A stretch of 64,000 nucleotides of DNA from a virus: IMG/VR virus record IMGVR_UViG_3300032087_006453, positions 6,004 to 70,003 of that record; one strand, written 5' to 3'. A program made the position numbers and the translations under genes. The stretch's first letter is position 1. Each line of letters begins with the position of its first letter. Below are positions 1 through 9,396 of the stretch, one piece after another. The notes beneath the pieces were generated by a model. It made no database searches and was not told where the DNA came from. It saw only the letters and a list, made by a program, of their open reading frames with translations.

Positions 1-688
1 TATAAGCCCCAACCGCAACAGGCCATAGTCCTTCCGCAATCTCCAGACAAGCCTCGGCAACCTTTTGAATCTCCCATTGCGCCCCTTCGTGCGTGCGAAG
101 GTCGACGAATTTCAGGAGATTTGATAGGTCGACTGTGCCATAGTACTCGGTGTAAAGGTTCTGTGGCAGAACACCGCGAGCTTGTTCGCGGCAAACGCCT
201 GCTTCGATGAGACTATCATAGAGCTTCAAGCTTTTCGCATGCCAGTCTCCGATAACCTTGCTCGCATCTCCTCGATGACCGGAAGGTCCATAAGGAACCT
301 TAACTACTGGATTCACCAACTCGCCGGCGTTACTTGCCTGACGGTTGCTTTTGTGTTGTGTCCTAAAAGCCTGTGGCTCGTAGAACCTCAGATTCACATC
401 TGTATACCTGCGAGAAATTTCATTATAGGACCAGGTCCTATGGCGATGATGCTGGCTGCGGACAAACAAAGGAACAGTAAACCTAAATGTAGCCAGATTA
501 TGTTCAAAAGTAGAGGTGTGTCGATGTTCGACCAGGTACTTAATGAGTCTTTTGTCTTTTTCATCTAACGCCTCCTTATGCTTCCCAAAACTGACACGAG
601 CACTGTTGACGATAGTAAGATCGCTGCCCATCCACTCCACCAAATCAACTCTGCCAATTCCGTCTCCATAGATCTCAATGCTCCTCAT
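1..688 (-). CDS. thyX: FAD-dependent thymidylate synthase (3' end runs off the window; absent from the ORF track)
   Basis: Manual translation from ATG at 688: MRSIEIYGDGIGRVDLVEWMGSDLTIVNSARVSFG...RSQHHRHRTWSYNEISRRYT, containing the ThyX RHRxxSxxExSxRY motif. Confidence 0.92.
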   Translation of the reverse strand, partial: MRSIEIYGDGIGRVDLVEWMGSDLTIVNSARVSFGKHKEALDEKDKRLIKYLVEHRHTSTFEHNLATFRFTVPLFVRSQHHRHRTWSYNEISRRYTDVNLRFYEPQAFRTQHKSNRQASNAGELVNPVVKVPYGPSGHRGDASKVIGDWHAKSLKLYDSLIEAGVCREQARGVLPQNLYTEYYGTVDLSNLLKFVDLRTHEGAQWEIQKVAEACLEIAEGLWPVAVGAY

Positions 689-795
689 AGAATCGTTTAA
701 AAAACGCTCTGCTTTGGGCACCGTTGCCCTAATGTTTGGGTCCACAAACCACTCCCTTTTCGTCCTGTATGCGTCTGGATCGCTCACTTAAACCC

Positions 796-1707
796 TCAAA
801 TGCAACTAAGATAACGCTCACCACGATCGCAAAGCATGGTGAAAATAACTCCATCAAATTCATTCTCGCTCGCCCACTTTTCGCAGGCTAACACGTTTGC
901 ACCAGAACTAATGCCAACCAGCATGCCCTTTTGCTTGATGAGTTCCCTGGCTCTCTGCTTTGCAGACTCAGTCGGTATCACAACTATTTCATCAACCTCT
1001 TCGAGATCAACAAGAAACTTGCTTCCGTCACCGATACCTTGGATACCGTGTAGCCCGGGTTCTCCGCCGCTCATCACTGGAGATTCTGCAGGCTCGACTG
1101 CAATGATCTTTACATCCGGATAGTTCTCACGAAGTTTTGCTGCAACTCCCATGATTGTTCCACCTGTTCCCGTTCCGGATACGAATGCAGCAGGCTTCGT
1201 GTTCATCGACCTGCAAGCTTGGACAATCTCCTCTCCGGTGGTGTGGTAGTGGCACTCGATGTTCAGCGGGTTATTGAACTGATTCGTGTTGTACCATCCA
1301 TTCTCTTCCGCAAGTCGATCCCTTAGTGCAATTGCACCGTCAAAATCACCGGCATCGACCTCGATGAGCTCTGCGCCGAGGGTCGTCATCATCTGTTTTC
1401 GCTCTTCAGACATGTTGCAAGGCATGACAATCTTCATGTCATAACCTCTCTCTGCAGCAAGAAGAGCAAATGCAATCCCCGTGTTTCCTGATGTTGCCTC
1501 AACAAGAGTGTCGCCGGCCTTAATTTGACCAGCGTTCTCTGCAGCGTCGAGGATGTACTTTGCCAGACGATCCTTCACACTTCCAGAGGGACTGTACGTT
1601 TCAAACTTTCCATAAATGCCTTCTTCAACTTTGAGAAGAGGCGTATTCCCCACGTGATCAGATGGTCTAGACATTCCAGCTCCGCTATGTATTTCATTGT
1701 ACGGCAC
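796..1707 (-). CDS. cysK: Cysteine synthase (CysK/CysM family, PLP-dependent)
   Basis: GNTPL, PSGSVKDR (PLP lysine), EATSGNTGIA, NQFNN, GTGTGGT, HGIQGIG, GISSGAN, DRGERYLS; start may be the second Met. Confidence 0.92.
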   Translation of the reverse strand: MPYNEIHSGAGMSRPSDHVGNTPLLKVEEGIYGKFETYSPSGSVKDRLAKYILDAAENAGQIKAGDTLVEATSGNTGIAFALLAAERGYDMKIVMPCNMSEERKQMMTTLGAELIEVDAGDFDGAIALRDRLAEENGWYNTNQFNNPLNIECHYHTTGEEIVQACRSMNTKPAAFVSGTGTGGTIMGVAAKLRENYPDVKIIAVEPAESPVMSGGEPGLHGIQGIGDGSKFLVDLEEVDEIVVIPTESAKQRARELIKQKGMLVGISSGANVLACEKWASENEFDGVIFTMLCDRGERYLSCI

Positions 1708-1733
1708 AGCGCAGCCGCTTTACAGAACCTAAA

Positions 1734-2399
1734 TTACACTATGTTCGGAGAGATGTCCAGCAAGTCCCTGATGCTGTTGAAGTGAGCTCGTGCAATGTCC
1801 CACTGACCCTCTTCGGTCATGAGGTACTTTGCTTCGTCGAGGTTGACAAAGAAGCCGTTCTCGCTAAGAAGCGCTGGCATCGCTGTTTTCCGAAGCACGT
1901 AGAAAGACTGATTCTCCACAACCTTGCGCGGCCTTAGTTCCGTGTTGCCGTACTCGGCGAGGAGGTTGTTGGCAATGTCTCCTGACAAACCGCTTGCCCT
2001 GTAAACGAACACAGACGCGCCTCTAACGTCGATCGAAGGTCCTCTGATGTCCATGCCAATTGCATTTGCGTGAATGGACACAAAGATCGTGCTACCGCTC
2101 TTGTTTTCTCTGTTTGCGTTTGCAACCCTTTGCGAAAGGGAGACATCCGCCTGCTCAAGGCTCACAGTGTCGATAGAGTCCACAACGTACCTACCAGAAA
2201 CGCAGTCGTATGTCTCAACACCTGCTCTGACGAGAAGAGACATGAACTTGCTAGCGGTGCCTCGGTTGAAGACTCCCTCGTAAATCGAGAACTCTTCAGG
2301 CTCCGTGAAGTGGTACTGTTTAGAACCAGGAGTCTGGTACTCGCCATCAATCATACCGCCGTGACCGTAGTCGACGATAACCCTATCTACTGTTGCCAT
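1734..2399 (-). CDS. N-acetylmuramoyl-L-alanine amidase (Amidase_3), probable endolysin
   Basis: VDYGHGG, SLSQRVANAN, FVSIHANA, FYVLRKTAMPALLSENGF; start moved to 2399 because the longer ORF overlaps tRNA-Leu. Confidence 0.88.
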   Translation of the reverse strand: MATVDRVIVDYGHGGMIDGEYQTPGSKQYHFTEPEEFSIYEGVFNRGTASKFMSLLVRAGVETYDCVSGRYVVDSIDTVSLEQADVSLSQRVANANRENKSGSTIFVSIHANAIGMDIRGPSIDVRGASVFVYRASGLSGDIANNLLAEYGNTELRPRKVVENQSFYVLRKTAMPALLSENGFFVNLDEAKYLMTEEGQWDIARAHFNSIRDLLDISPNIV

Positions 2400-2444
2400 T
2401 AAACCCATCCAGACACGTTGCAGTGTCGATTCAGGGTATAAATA

Positions 2445-2526
<82 letters not shown>

Positions 2527-2530
2527 TAAA

Positions 2531-2603
<73 letters not shown>

Positions 2604-2609
2604 AAGGTA

Positions 2610-2683
2610 TCGGGATAGCTGGATTCGAACCAACGACCCTCTGCTCCCAAAGCAGATGCGCTACCAGACTGCGCTATATCCCG
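2610..2683 (-). tRNA. tRNA-Pro(TGG), no encoded CCA
   Basis: CGGGATATAGCGCAGTCTGGTAGCGCA-TCTGC TT TGG GA GCAGA-...GGTTCGAATCC; 5' end overlaps the last codons of the upstream vWA gene. Confidence 0.93.
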
Positions 2684-4059
2684 TCAACACATTTTAAGTA
2701 CTGATAGGTGATTTGTACAACGTCTTCTCCCGTTGGTGCGTTCGACCTATCAAAGATTATCCTGTTACCGGCAGTTCCGTCATACTCCCAATCGCTTGGC
2801 GGTGATATCATTCCGTTGATCGTAACCTCAATGAATGCAGGCTCAACTGGCGTCCTGCTCATCTCAAACTCAAGAACAGGGTTGTAACTAGACTCCGCTA
2901 TCATTGTCAGGCTGTCGCCCCAAGAGCCGCAAATGTCGATGGAAGAACCCGGGTTTAGCTTTGAAAGTTCCACGTATCGAGGTGCGTAAAATGCGGAACA
3001 ATGGCGCTTTTCACCCGTATCTGGAATTAGAGGATCGATCGGGTCGATGACTGAGAAGATGGCAATGTTTTCGTGTCCGTAAAGTCCTTGGAACCAATCG
3101 GAGTATTCTATCACAGATCTAGAATCGTCTCCGGGCTCGTCTGTTACAAACACGAGCGTTAGGAAACTGTCTTCCCTCAGCACGCCGGTATCCCATGAGA
3201 AAGCACCGAATGGACCAGCGCCACCGCCAGTAGCTTGGAAAGCCATTTCCATTCCTGTCTCATAGGGATTTCCAGAAGTTCCTGCAGTCAGCTGAGCCTG
3301 CAATTCGCCAACTATGTCAGGCGTTGCGGGAGTAACGATCGGTCCTCGAAGAGCAGCGGAATCTGTCGTGATGACTCCTATCTGGAAGTCTACGTCAGAT
3401 CCCTCGAGAGCTCTTGCAAACTTAGTTACGTTTGCAGAAAGGTCCGCTTGTTCCTCTGCCATAGAGCAAGAGTTGTCAATCACAAACAGAACGTCAGCCT
3501 TGTAGCTTTCTTCCCCAAGATGTGTATCGATCTGCTCGGGATAGTCGTTGGCATAGAAATCCTGGTCTATCCATATGTAGGGATCGTTGATTGCGTTCGA
3601 TCTAATGAACAGCCTTGCTCCGTCGTCCACACCGTTGTTCTCGATGTGCTTGTACTCTATGACAATCTCTTCGCCGGGATCCAGGATCGCTTCGGTTGGA
3701 TGCGTAACAATAACGTCTGGTGCAGCCAAACCATTCCATTCGATCGAATCGATCACTAACGGCTGCTGACCCACAGAACGAATTGTAACCGTGGCATCTA
3801 CTTCGCACTCCCGATCAGTTGGACCGGTCTCTAGTCGCTCTGGGAAGACCCTGATTTTTGGAAATCCACCAACAGGTGGGTCATCATAAGGCGAACTGGG
3901 CGGAGTGATCCAACCACTGTCGTAGCACAAGCACGATGAGTCTTCGGTATCCACTATGCTTTGATGTGTGTCGATTCCTGCAATCTTTTCTCTGACGTGG
4001 AAATCGTTTTCAGAAGAGCAGGAGAAAATGGCTAGGATACAAAATACTAAGAAACGCAC
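2674..4059 (-). CDS. Lipoprotein with Ig-like domain and von Willebrand factor A (MIDAS) domain
   Basis: Hydrophobic N-terminus with lipobox-like IFSC; DVLFVIDNSCSM (DxSxS), IGVITTD, FVTDE. Confidence 0.75.
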   Translation of the reverse strand: MRFLVFCILAIFSCSSENDFHVREKIAGIDTHQSIVDTEDSSCLCYDSGWITPPSSPYDDPPVGGFPKIRVFPERLETGPTDRECEVDATVTIRSVGQQPLVIDSIEWNGLAAPDVIVTHPTEAILDPGEEIVIEYKHIENNGVDDGARLFIRSNAINDPYIWIDQDFYANDYPEQIDTHLGEESYKADVLFVIDNSCSMAEEQADLSANVTKFARALEGSDVDFQIGVITTDSAALRGPIVTPATPDIVGELQAQLTAGTSGNPYETGMEMAFQATGGGAGPFGAFSWDTGVLREDSFLTLVFVTDEPGDDSRSVIEYSDWFQGLYGHENIAIFSVIDPIDPLIPDTGEKRHCSAFYAPRYVELSKLNPGSSIDICGSWGDSLTMIAESSYNPVLEFEMSRTPVEPAFIEVTINGMISPPSDWEYDGTAGNRIIFDRSNAPTGEDVVQITYQYLKCVDGI

Positions 4060-4097
4060 TGACCACCCCTTTGTATAAGTAGACAGTGGAGAAGGGA

Positions 4098-4171
4098 AGC
4101 CGCCTGTCGGATTCGAACCGACGACCTGCTGATTACAAATCAGCTGCTCTGGCCAACTGAGCTAAGGCGGC
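4098..4171 (-). tRNA. tRNA-Thr(TGT), no encoded CCA
   Basis: GCCGCCTTAGCTCAGTTGGCCAGAGCA-GCTGA TT TGT AA TCAGC-...GGTTCGAATCC. Confidence 0.93.
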
Positions 4172-4175
4172 AAAT

Positions 4176-4335
4176 GGGGAGACGACGTAGCAGGATGATA
4201 ATCGGACGAGAAGGCGAGTAAGTTGCTTTCACCAACTCTCATGACCGACCGTAGGGCAACTAATCTACAGTCTTGGTTTTTTGTTTTGATTTCCTGCTTC
4301 CGTCGTCGACTCCTTCGTCCCGTCGGACGAAGGCC
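4176..4335 (-). ncRNA. Candidate structured RNA between tRNA-Arg and tRNA-Thr
   Basis: 4178-4195 pairs with 4292-4313 (GACGACG/CGTCGTC, AGCAGGA/TCCTGCT); internal GAAA-containing hairpin on the minus strand; perfect 9-bp hairpin at 4312-4333; no convincing ORF. Confidence 0.4.
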
Positions 4336-4346
4336 CCAAAGGGAAA

Positions 4347-4419
4347 CGAGAGATACTGGATTCGAACCAGTGACCTACGGCTTAGAAGGCCGGTGCTCTA
4401 TCCACTGAGCTAATCTCCC
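4347..4419 (-). tRNA. tRNA-Arg(TCT), no encoded CCA
   Basis: GGGAGATTAGCTCAGTGGATAGAGCA-CCGGC CT TCT AA GCCG-...GGTTCGAATCC. Confidence 0.92.
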
Positions 4420-4644
4420 AAAGTGTTGGTTACTCGGGCGCGTGAGATCCCTTTCACCTTGAGAAGCACGAGTCTCCTCACTAATACCCCACTCAGCTGA
4501 GGGCGGAATGATTACAGCAACAGCCCCATTCCGCTGCGGGCACCTGGGTCAATCCCCCAGGATTTCGACAACCGCTAGAAGAGCTAGCGGAATCATAATG
4601 GCCATGGTCGCCATGATTCACTCCAGTTAGTTAAGGGTTGAAGT

Positions 4645-4920
4645 TTAAGCTTCGCCGGAGATTGGAAGAGAGCTGATTAGTTCAACCAAGCCGGCCTCAG
4701 CCAACGGAAGAAGTGCTCTGTTCTCAAGATCGACATCATTTCGAAGAACCTCTACTTCGTCGATCTGTTCAGCAACATCCTGAAGTTCTGCGTACGTTGA
4801 AAGCATGATTGCTGACATCGTTGCATCGTAAGTTGCCCTCTCGAGAGGAGTTAGGCGACTCAAGATGGTTTCCACTGTCTCCTCTGGGGAGTCGTCGTTC
4901 ATCATTTCCCTTGTTGCCAT
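4645..4920 (-). CDS. Hypothetical acidic protein
   Basis: 91-aa ORF preceded by an ATATTTAG motif. Confidence 0.55.
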   Translation of the reverse strand: MATREMMNDDSPEETVETILSRLTPLERATYDATMSAIMLSTYAELQDVAEQIDEVEVLRNDVDLENRALLPLAEAGLVELISSLPISGEA

Positions 4921-4950
4921 TTCTAAATATCTCCTCAGAAGCTCGATTGT

Positions 4951-6222
4951 TTAGGACACATAGATGGGAAGGAAATCATTTGCACGATTGTGCGAGAAAT
5001 TCCTGTCCCTGTTCCATCGGTAGTACTTTCGGCAAACCGTTCGGAAGTACTCTACACTTCCCTCCTGGTCTCCGTGAAGAACGTAAAGCGCCTTGTAGCT
5101 GTTGGAATTTGAGAGATGCTTGATCTTGTCGACCATCCGATATGCAACATCTCGAATCTCTTCGGGAAGCGTGATGAGCATCTTGTCAAGCCTTTCGTTG
5201 ACCATGCAATTCATCAGGTACTTGTAGCTGAGCTTGGATTTGACCATCTCACCGATGTAGTTCACGTACTTGAACTTGATTCGCTGAGCATCTTTGCCTG
5301 TGCCGATGCATGCAACCCAACCTTCGTTGTTGTGCACGTCTCGCCTGTTGATCTCATCGATGACTTCGCTAATGGTCATCATCTTGCGTTCCGGCAGAAC
5401 AATGCTAGTGTTTCCTACCTCACGAACCTTCATGATGATTCTCTCAAGCACGTCCGAAGGAATCTCGTTGCCTCCTGTGTCGTATGCTGCGAGAAGATAT
5501 ACCGACTCCTCGTTGCCATAGTCAACATGCACACGGCTGATGGGGTGGACAAGTTCCACAACAACGGTCATCAGGGAGTAGCCGAACAGCTTACATGCGT
5601 GAGCTGCTGCATCGAAGGACTTTCGATCTAGAAGCCCTAGAGCTGCATCGACATACGGAGTCTCCAGCCTTCCTCGAGTGGTTGCACACAGCTGATCGTT
5701 GTGAATGAAGTACTGGAGCATTGCCCCATCTTCTTTGCGCTGCATCATGACGGGATCTGGACCGGCAACCTTGTGAATGAACTCGGTCTCTGAGCTCGGC
5801 ACCTCATCGCGATTGAAGAACTTTCGGAAGCTTCGGGATGCAAGCTTAACCCCAGAGACCTCACCTGGTGTCTCGTAGGAATACACTAGGCCACGCATCA
5901 GTCTGAGTGAAGTCGTCCAGCCATCGCCGCCTGCAACATCGTGAAGTACGTTGTGAGCCTGAGGAGTGTAGTTGAACAAGACAAGCTTGCGACGTGCATC
6001 AAGGTCGAAGCTGAAGAGATTGCCTGCCTTTACGCCCCACTTTGGATTGATTCCAAGAATGCTGTTGAGCTCATCGTTCCACTGCTTCTTGAGATGACGC
6101 CAGCGATTCTTCTTGTCCTCTCGGGTCGTCATCTCGCTGGTAATCCTAGCAACAAGCTTTGGAAACTCGACGTCGAGAAAGATGGACTCTTCCATGGTTT
6201 GATGAGTTCTAAAATTTTTCAT
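4951..6222 (-). CDS. T4 Rnl1-like RNA ligase
   Basis: LFNY, MRGLV, FRKFFN, motif I KEDG, TTRG, VVELV, EGWV, RIKFKY; promoter at 6240-6268 supports a start near 6222. Confidence 0.8.
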   Translation of the reverse strand: MKNFRTHQTMEESIFLDVEFPKLVARITSEMTTREDKKNRWRHLKKQWNDELNSILGINPKWGVKAGNLFSFDLDARRKLVLFNYTPQAHNVLHDVAGGDGWTTSLRLMRGLVYSYETPGEVSGVKLASRSFRKFFNRDEVPSSETEFIHKVAGPDPVMMQRKEDGAMLQYFIHNDQLCATTRGRLETPYVDAALGLLDRKSFDAAAHACKLFGYSLMTVVVELVHPISRVHVDYGNEESVYLLAAYDTGGNEIPSDVLERIIMKVREVGNTSIVLPERKMMTISEVIDEINRRDVHNNEGWVACIGTGKDAQRIKFKYVNYIGEMVKSKLSYKYLMNCMVNERLDKMLITLPEEIRDVAYRMVDKIKHLSNSNSYKALYVLHGDQEGSVEYFRTVCRKYYRWNRDRNFSHNRANDFLPIYVS

Positions 6223-6366
6223 GAATCCCTCCATGCATGATTGTAATTGAGACAGCCTTAGTTTACATCGAAAGAGCAAGAATCAAAAAGAGGTATACCA
6301 GCGGTGCCATCAGAATCGCAAACACGGTATCCTTGATCTGATCGCTCTTGGTGTAGTGTTCGTTGT

Positions 6367-6672
6367 TCATCGCTTTCCTCCTGCGCTGTTTCTCTTGACC
6401 TGGCTCTTTACCTTTCGTGCCGTTTTTGCATCCGGCGGTTCTTCCTGAAGATTCCCGATGTCCGTGCTGTAAAGTGCTCCCTCGCTAAGGTCACACAGTG
6501 TGACCCACTGCTTGCCGGCTGCAGTCTTGCTGAAGTACATGAGAGTTCCCCAGCGCCACTGCCCGCCGTAGTCCTGGAACCACAGGCAGTCGTTCTTCTT
6601 GTACGGGGAATCCGGATGCTTTTCAGTCATGGTGTTGGTACCTGGAAGTGGCTTGGCCTTCTTGCGTTTCAC
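6367..6672 (-). CDS. Hypothetical protein (SH3/Tudor-like)
   Basis: GTG start with GGAGG RBS; the upstream part of the longer ORF overlaps the next gene. Confidence 0.5.
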   Translation of the reverse strand: MKRKKAKPLPGTNTMTEKHPDSPYKKNDCLWFQDYGGQWRWGTLMYFSKTAAGKQWVTLCDLSEGALYSTDIGNLQEEPPDAKTARKVKSQVKRNSAGGKR

Positions 6673-6938
6673 TATGCCTCCGTGCTGTGAATGACTTTGA
6701 AGCTTCCCGAGTGGTAGTTGCCGCATCGATGAGTGTCGCCCTCGGGAGTTGTCAGCAGAACATCGACGTAAACATCGCCGCGACCGTTGGCGTTGTGCGC
6801 GCTGTTGAGGGTAGTCTGCCTGACCTCGAGAACGATGCCGGTGCAGCCTTCGGGAATGGGCTTCCATCCCCTCGACTCGTTAACGACCGGGTTGTTTCGA
6901 ACGGCGTAAATGTTTTTGACGATGTCGCCAGCTTTCAT
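6672..6938 (-). CDS. Small KOW/SH3-like early protein
   Basis: MKAGDIV...GIVLEV pattern; strong AAGGAGG RBS; promoter upstream. Confidence 0.6.
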   Translation of the reverse strand: MKAGDIVKNIYAVRNNPVVNESRGWKPIPEGCTGIVLEVRQTTLNSAHNANGRGDVYVDVLLTTPEGDTHRCGNYHSGSFKVIHSTEA

Positions 6939-6945
6939 GATGCAA

Positions 6946-6992
6946 CCTCCTTACATTTTCATCATACCACGTGTAGATGAAATCTGCACTCA
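6946..6992 (-). promoter_or_regulatory. Sigma70-like early promoter plus RBS (copy 1 of a duplicated cassette)
   Basis: GTGCAG-N17-TATGAT with extended TG, then AATGTAAGGAGG; near-identical to 7842-7889. Confidence 0.7.
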
Positions 6993-7496
6993 GATTGAGT
7001 AGTAGTCGTCAACTATTTTCTTGGCTCGAGCGTAGAGCGTAGGGTCACCCTCGGTTAGCACCTTGAGTAGTGCAGCCTTTTCCTTCATGTAGACCTTCGC
7101 AAACTTGGGATCGTGCTCAGTAATGCTCTTTGAGTTACTGATTAGATCTGCTAGCTTGACCGTCTTAGACTGAGGAAGAGCCTTCGCAGTGTGAATCAGG
7201 TCTAAGTGCTTGCGTGCCTTTCGATTGCCGTCGCTCGGAACGCTGACGTCCGTGAGGTCTGCAACAAGCTGGCGTACCTTGTATCCAAACTCATTCCAGA
7301 TATCTGACAGTGTGACGTCGGTGTCTTCGACAACGTCATGCAACACGGCAGCCGCAAGCATCTCGGGGGTGTGAGGAACCGTCTTCACGATTTCCATAAC
7401 CTCCAGAGGGTGAACGATGTAAGGCTCACCAGTGTACTTTCTGGTCTGACCCTGATGAGCTTCGGTTGCGAACAGTATGGCACGTTGAACAAGCAT
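6990..7496 (-). CDS. Small alarmone ((p)ppGpp) hydrolase, Mesh1/SpoT-type HD domain
   Basis: AHQGQTRKYTGEPYIVHP, AAVLHDVVEDT, VKLADLISN. Confidence 0.85.
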   Translation of the reverse strand: MLVQRAILFATEAHQGQTRKYTGEPYIVHPLEVMEIVKTVPHTPEMLAAAVLHDVVEDTDVTLSDIWNEFGYKVRQLVADLTDVSVPSDGNRKARKHLDLIHTAKALPQSKTVKLADLISNSKSITEHDPKFAKVYMKEKAALLKVLTEGDPTLYARAKKIVDDYYSI

Positions 7497-7834
7497 CAGA
7501 TGTACATCATCGTTTCGCTGTTCGACGCTGCGGCTTCGGCAGCATCGAAGTTAATGTTTCGCCAGTGGAAAGTTGCGAACGGCATCCGCGTGGTCTTCTT
7601 CGAGAACTTGTGCTGGACGATGACGTTCTTCTTCGTGATCGACTTGATCGGACCGAAGTAGCTCAGGTTGAACGAGTCGTACTCAGCAAACTCGCCAATC
7701 TTGAAGGTCCGTTCCTTGAGCACAGGAATTTCTAGTTTGCCATCGATGTCGTTGGAGACCAGTGTGATGGACTCGCCGGGTGTCACGACAGCCCAGGAAG
7801 TTTTGCTCAGGTTTACAGTGAATGACTTGGCCAT
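7496..7834 (-). CDS. Hypothetical early protein
   Basis: 112-aa ORF with AAGGAGG RBS and promoter, translationally coupled to the HD gene. Confidence 0.65.
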   Translation of the reverse strand: MAKSFTVNLSKTSWAVVTPGESITLVSNDIDGKLEIPVLKERTFKIGEFAEYDSFNLSYFGPIKSITKKNVIVQHKFSKKTTRMPFATFHWRNINFDAAEAAASNSETMMYI

Positions 7835-7841
7835 GTTCTTT

Positions 7842-7889
7842 CCTCCTTACATTCTCATCATACCATGCTTGGAGGAAATCTGCACTCAG
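7842..7889 (-). promoter_or_regulatory. Sigma70-like early promoter plus RBS (copy 2)
   Basis: CTGAGTGCAGATTTC-N9-TGGTATGATGAGAATGTAAGGAGG. Confidence 0.7.
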
Positions 7890-7905
7890 TTTTGTATGGC
7901 GTATT

Positions 7906-8571
7906 TTACTTCTGCCAAATTCTTTTTATCTCGTCGGCTACACCTTGCAAGTATTCTGCAATCTTTTCACCATCATCCATTCCAGACACAGCTCTGCGAA
8001 TGTCATAGATCTTTTCCATCGCTTCAGCATTCTTGTCGCTTGGAAGGTCAATCGTCATCTCTCCGGCCGACGTCGATGTGTTAAAAATTGCCTCAAGCGC
8101 GCGGATAGAATTAGGTCTTCTTAATTTCCCAGCGGTGTCAAAAGCAGTTTCTCTTTCAACCGGACCAAAAATTGTTAGTTTGAGTTGCCCACTATCCTCG
8201 CTAGCTGTGATGATTACTAGCGCAACTCTATCGGTCCCTGCTTCTTGAATCTTGTCAGCGGTCAATCCTTTTATATTGTCTTTCGCAACCAAGCTATGCA
8301 GTTTATCTGTGCGACGTGAACCCTTAACGCCTATTCCGAGATCGTCAACTTCAACGTCCTTGAAAACAGTTGGGTCTTTACCTTTATTGGTGTTTAGTCC
8401 ACCAACCAACAGAGCGACAATGTCTTCTCCCACTTTCCCATCGGTGGAAAAATTATTATCAGCCAACATGCGAGCGATCCGGAGCTTGGTCTCTTTGTCA
8501 GTATTCTTAATCAGGGATTTGGGATCAACCTGCTCGAGCAGCAATCTTTTAAGTGAATATCGCATGCTCAT
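7906..8571 (-). CDS. Leader-bearing protein, possible PD-(D/E)xK-like fold
   Basis: N-terminal SLKRLLLE|Q; GKVGE...KDVEV...IGVKG. Confidence 0.5.
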   Translation of the reverse strand: MSMRYSLKRLLLEQVDPKSLIKNTDKETKLRIARMLADNNFSTDGKVGEDIVALLVGGLNTNKGKDPTVFKDVEVDDLGIGVKGSRRTDKLHSLVAKDNIKGLTADKIQEAGTDRVALVIITASEDSGQLKLTIFGPVERETAFDTAGKLRRPNSIRALEAIFNTSTSAGEMTIDLPSDKNAEAMEKIYDIRRAVSGMDDGEKIAEYLQGVADEIKRIWQK

Positions 8572-8580
8572 AAGTATGTC

Positions 8581-8916
8581 TCACCCATGCGAACGACAGA
8601 GCAGATCGGCCGCGGCAACGTTACCTCTCTCCAGAAGCGTTACGCGACCCCAGTGGTCTGCGGCGCTCTCGTTTTCGGTCTCGAGCTTGATGTGACCCAT
8701 CTCGTGTGCAATGATTGCCGTGATGTGGTCGTCCGTGTACCCGTGCGTCTCTCGGATTCTTCCGTCGACAACGATGATCGGTGTCTCAACGTCTTCACCC
8801 CAGAAGCAGTAACCGTGCCCTCGAGACTCGAGAAGATCGACGGCATCACCCGTATCTCCCTTCTCGATCTCGAACACAGTAATGCTATCGTCAAACTCAC
8901 ATGCGTAAGCTTTCAT
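8581..8916 (-). CDS. Small zincin-like metallopeptidase
   Basis: IIAHEMGH (HExxH) followed by ESAAD. Confidence 0.6.
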   Translation of the reverse strand: MKAYACEFDDSITVFEIEKGDTGDAVDLLESRGHGYCFWGEDVETPIIVVDGRIRETHGYTDDHITAIIAHEMGHIKLETENESAADHWGRVTLLERGNVAAADLLCRSHG

Positions 8917-9362
8917 ACCGCTGGATACCTCACTTCCAAATCGCTCCAAGGCTTGATGTCGCCAGTCTGAAACTCCACCTGCATTCCCTGTGTGCCGTCT
9001 GGAAGTGCGCTTAGCTCTTCTGTGTCATCATCGTAATGCACCGCAGATTCCAGTCGCTTAAGAACTCCGCGCTTCAGGTTTCCGTTCGTGAAGTAAACCT
9101 GCTCAATGAACCGGTCCAGACCGTGGCTCCTCAGAAAGTGCTCAACGCCTGGGGTTATCATCCTCTCGTACTCATCGAATTCTGGAAGGCTTCTCTCATG
9201 AGATTCTTTTCTGGATGTCACTACAAAAACGATGGCACCGTCTCTGTAGTGTTTCTTGAGAGCATTGATCGCTTCGGCGTTTGGGCCGGTGTATCTGATA
9301 CCGTAGTCCTCGTCTGGCTTGTACAGCGCAAGTGTGCTGTCAAAATCGAAGGTGATGACCAT
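8913..9362 (-). CDS. HAD-family phosphatase (similar to the PNKP 3'-phosphatase domain)
   Basis: FDFDSTL (DxDxT), VVTSR, K, HYDD motifs. Confidence 0.78.
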   Translation of the reverse strand: MVITFDFDSTLALYKPDEDYGIRYTGPNAEAINALKKHYRDGAIVFVVTSRKESHERSLPEFDEYERMITPGVEHFLRSHGLDRFIEQVYFTNGNLKRGVLKRLESAVHYDDDTEELSALPDGTQGMQVEFQTGDIKPWSDLEVRYPAV

Positions 9363-9396
9363 TGTTTTCCTCTCACATCCATATGGATAAGTATCC

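Noticed and set aside
182-568. Plus-strand 128-aa ORF
   Set aside because: Antisense to thyX, which has the diagnostic motifs.
4223-4408. Plus-strand 61-aa ORF
   Set aside because: Antisense to tRNA-Arg (RDTGFEPVT is a translated T-loop).
4172-4640. tmRNA
   Set aside because: No tRNA-Ala-like acceptor/T-arm ends and no ALAA-type tag found on either strand.
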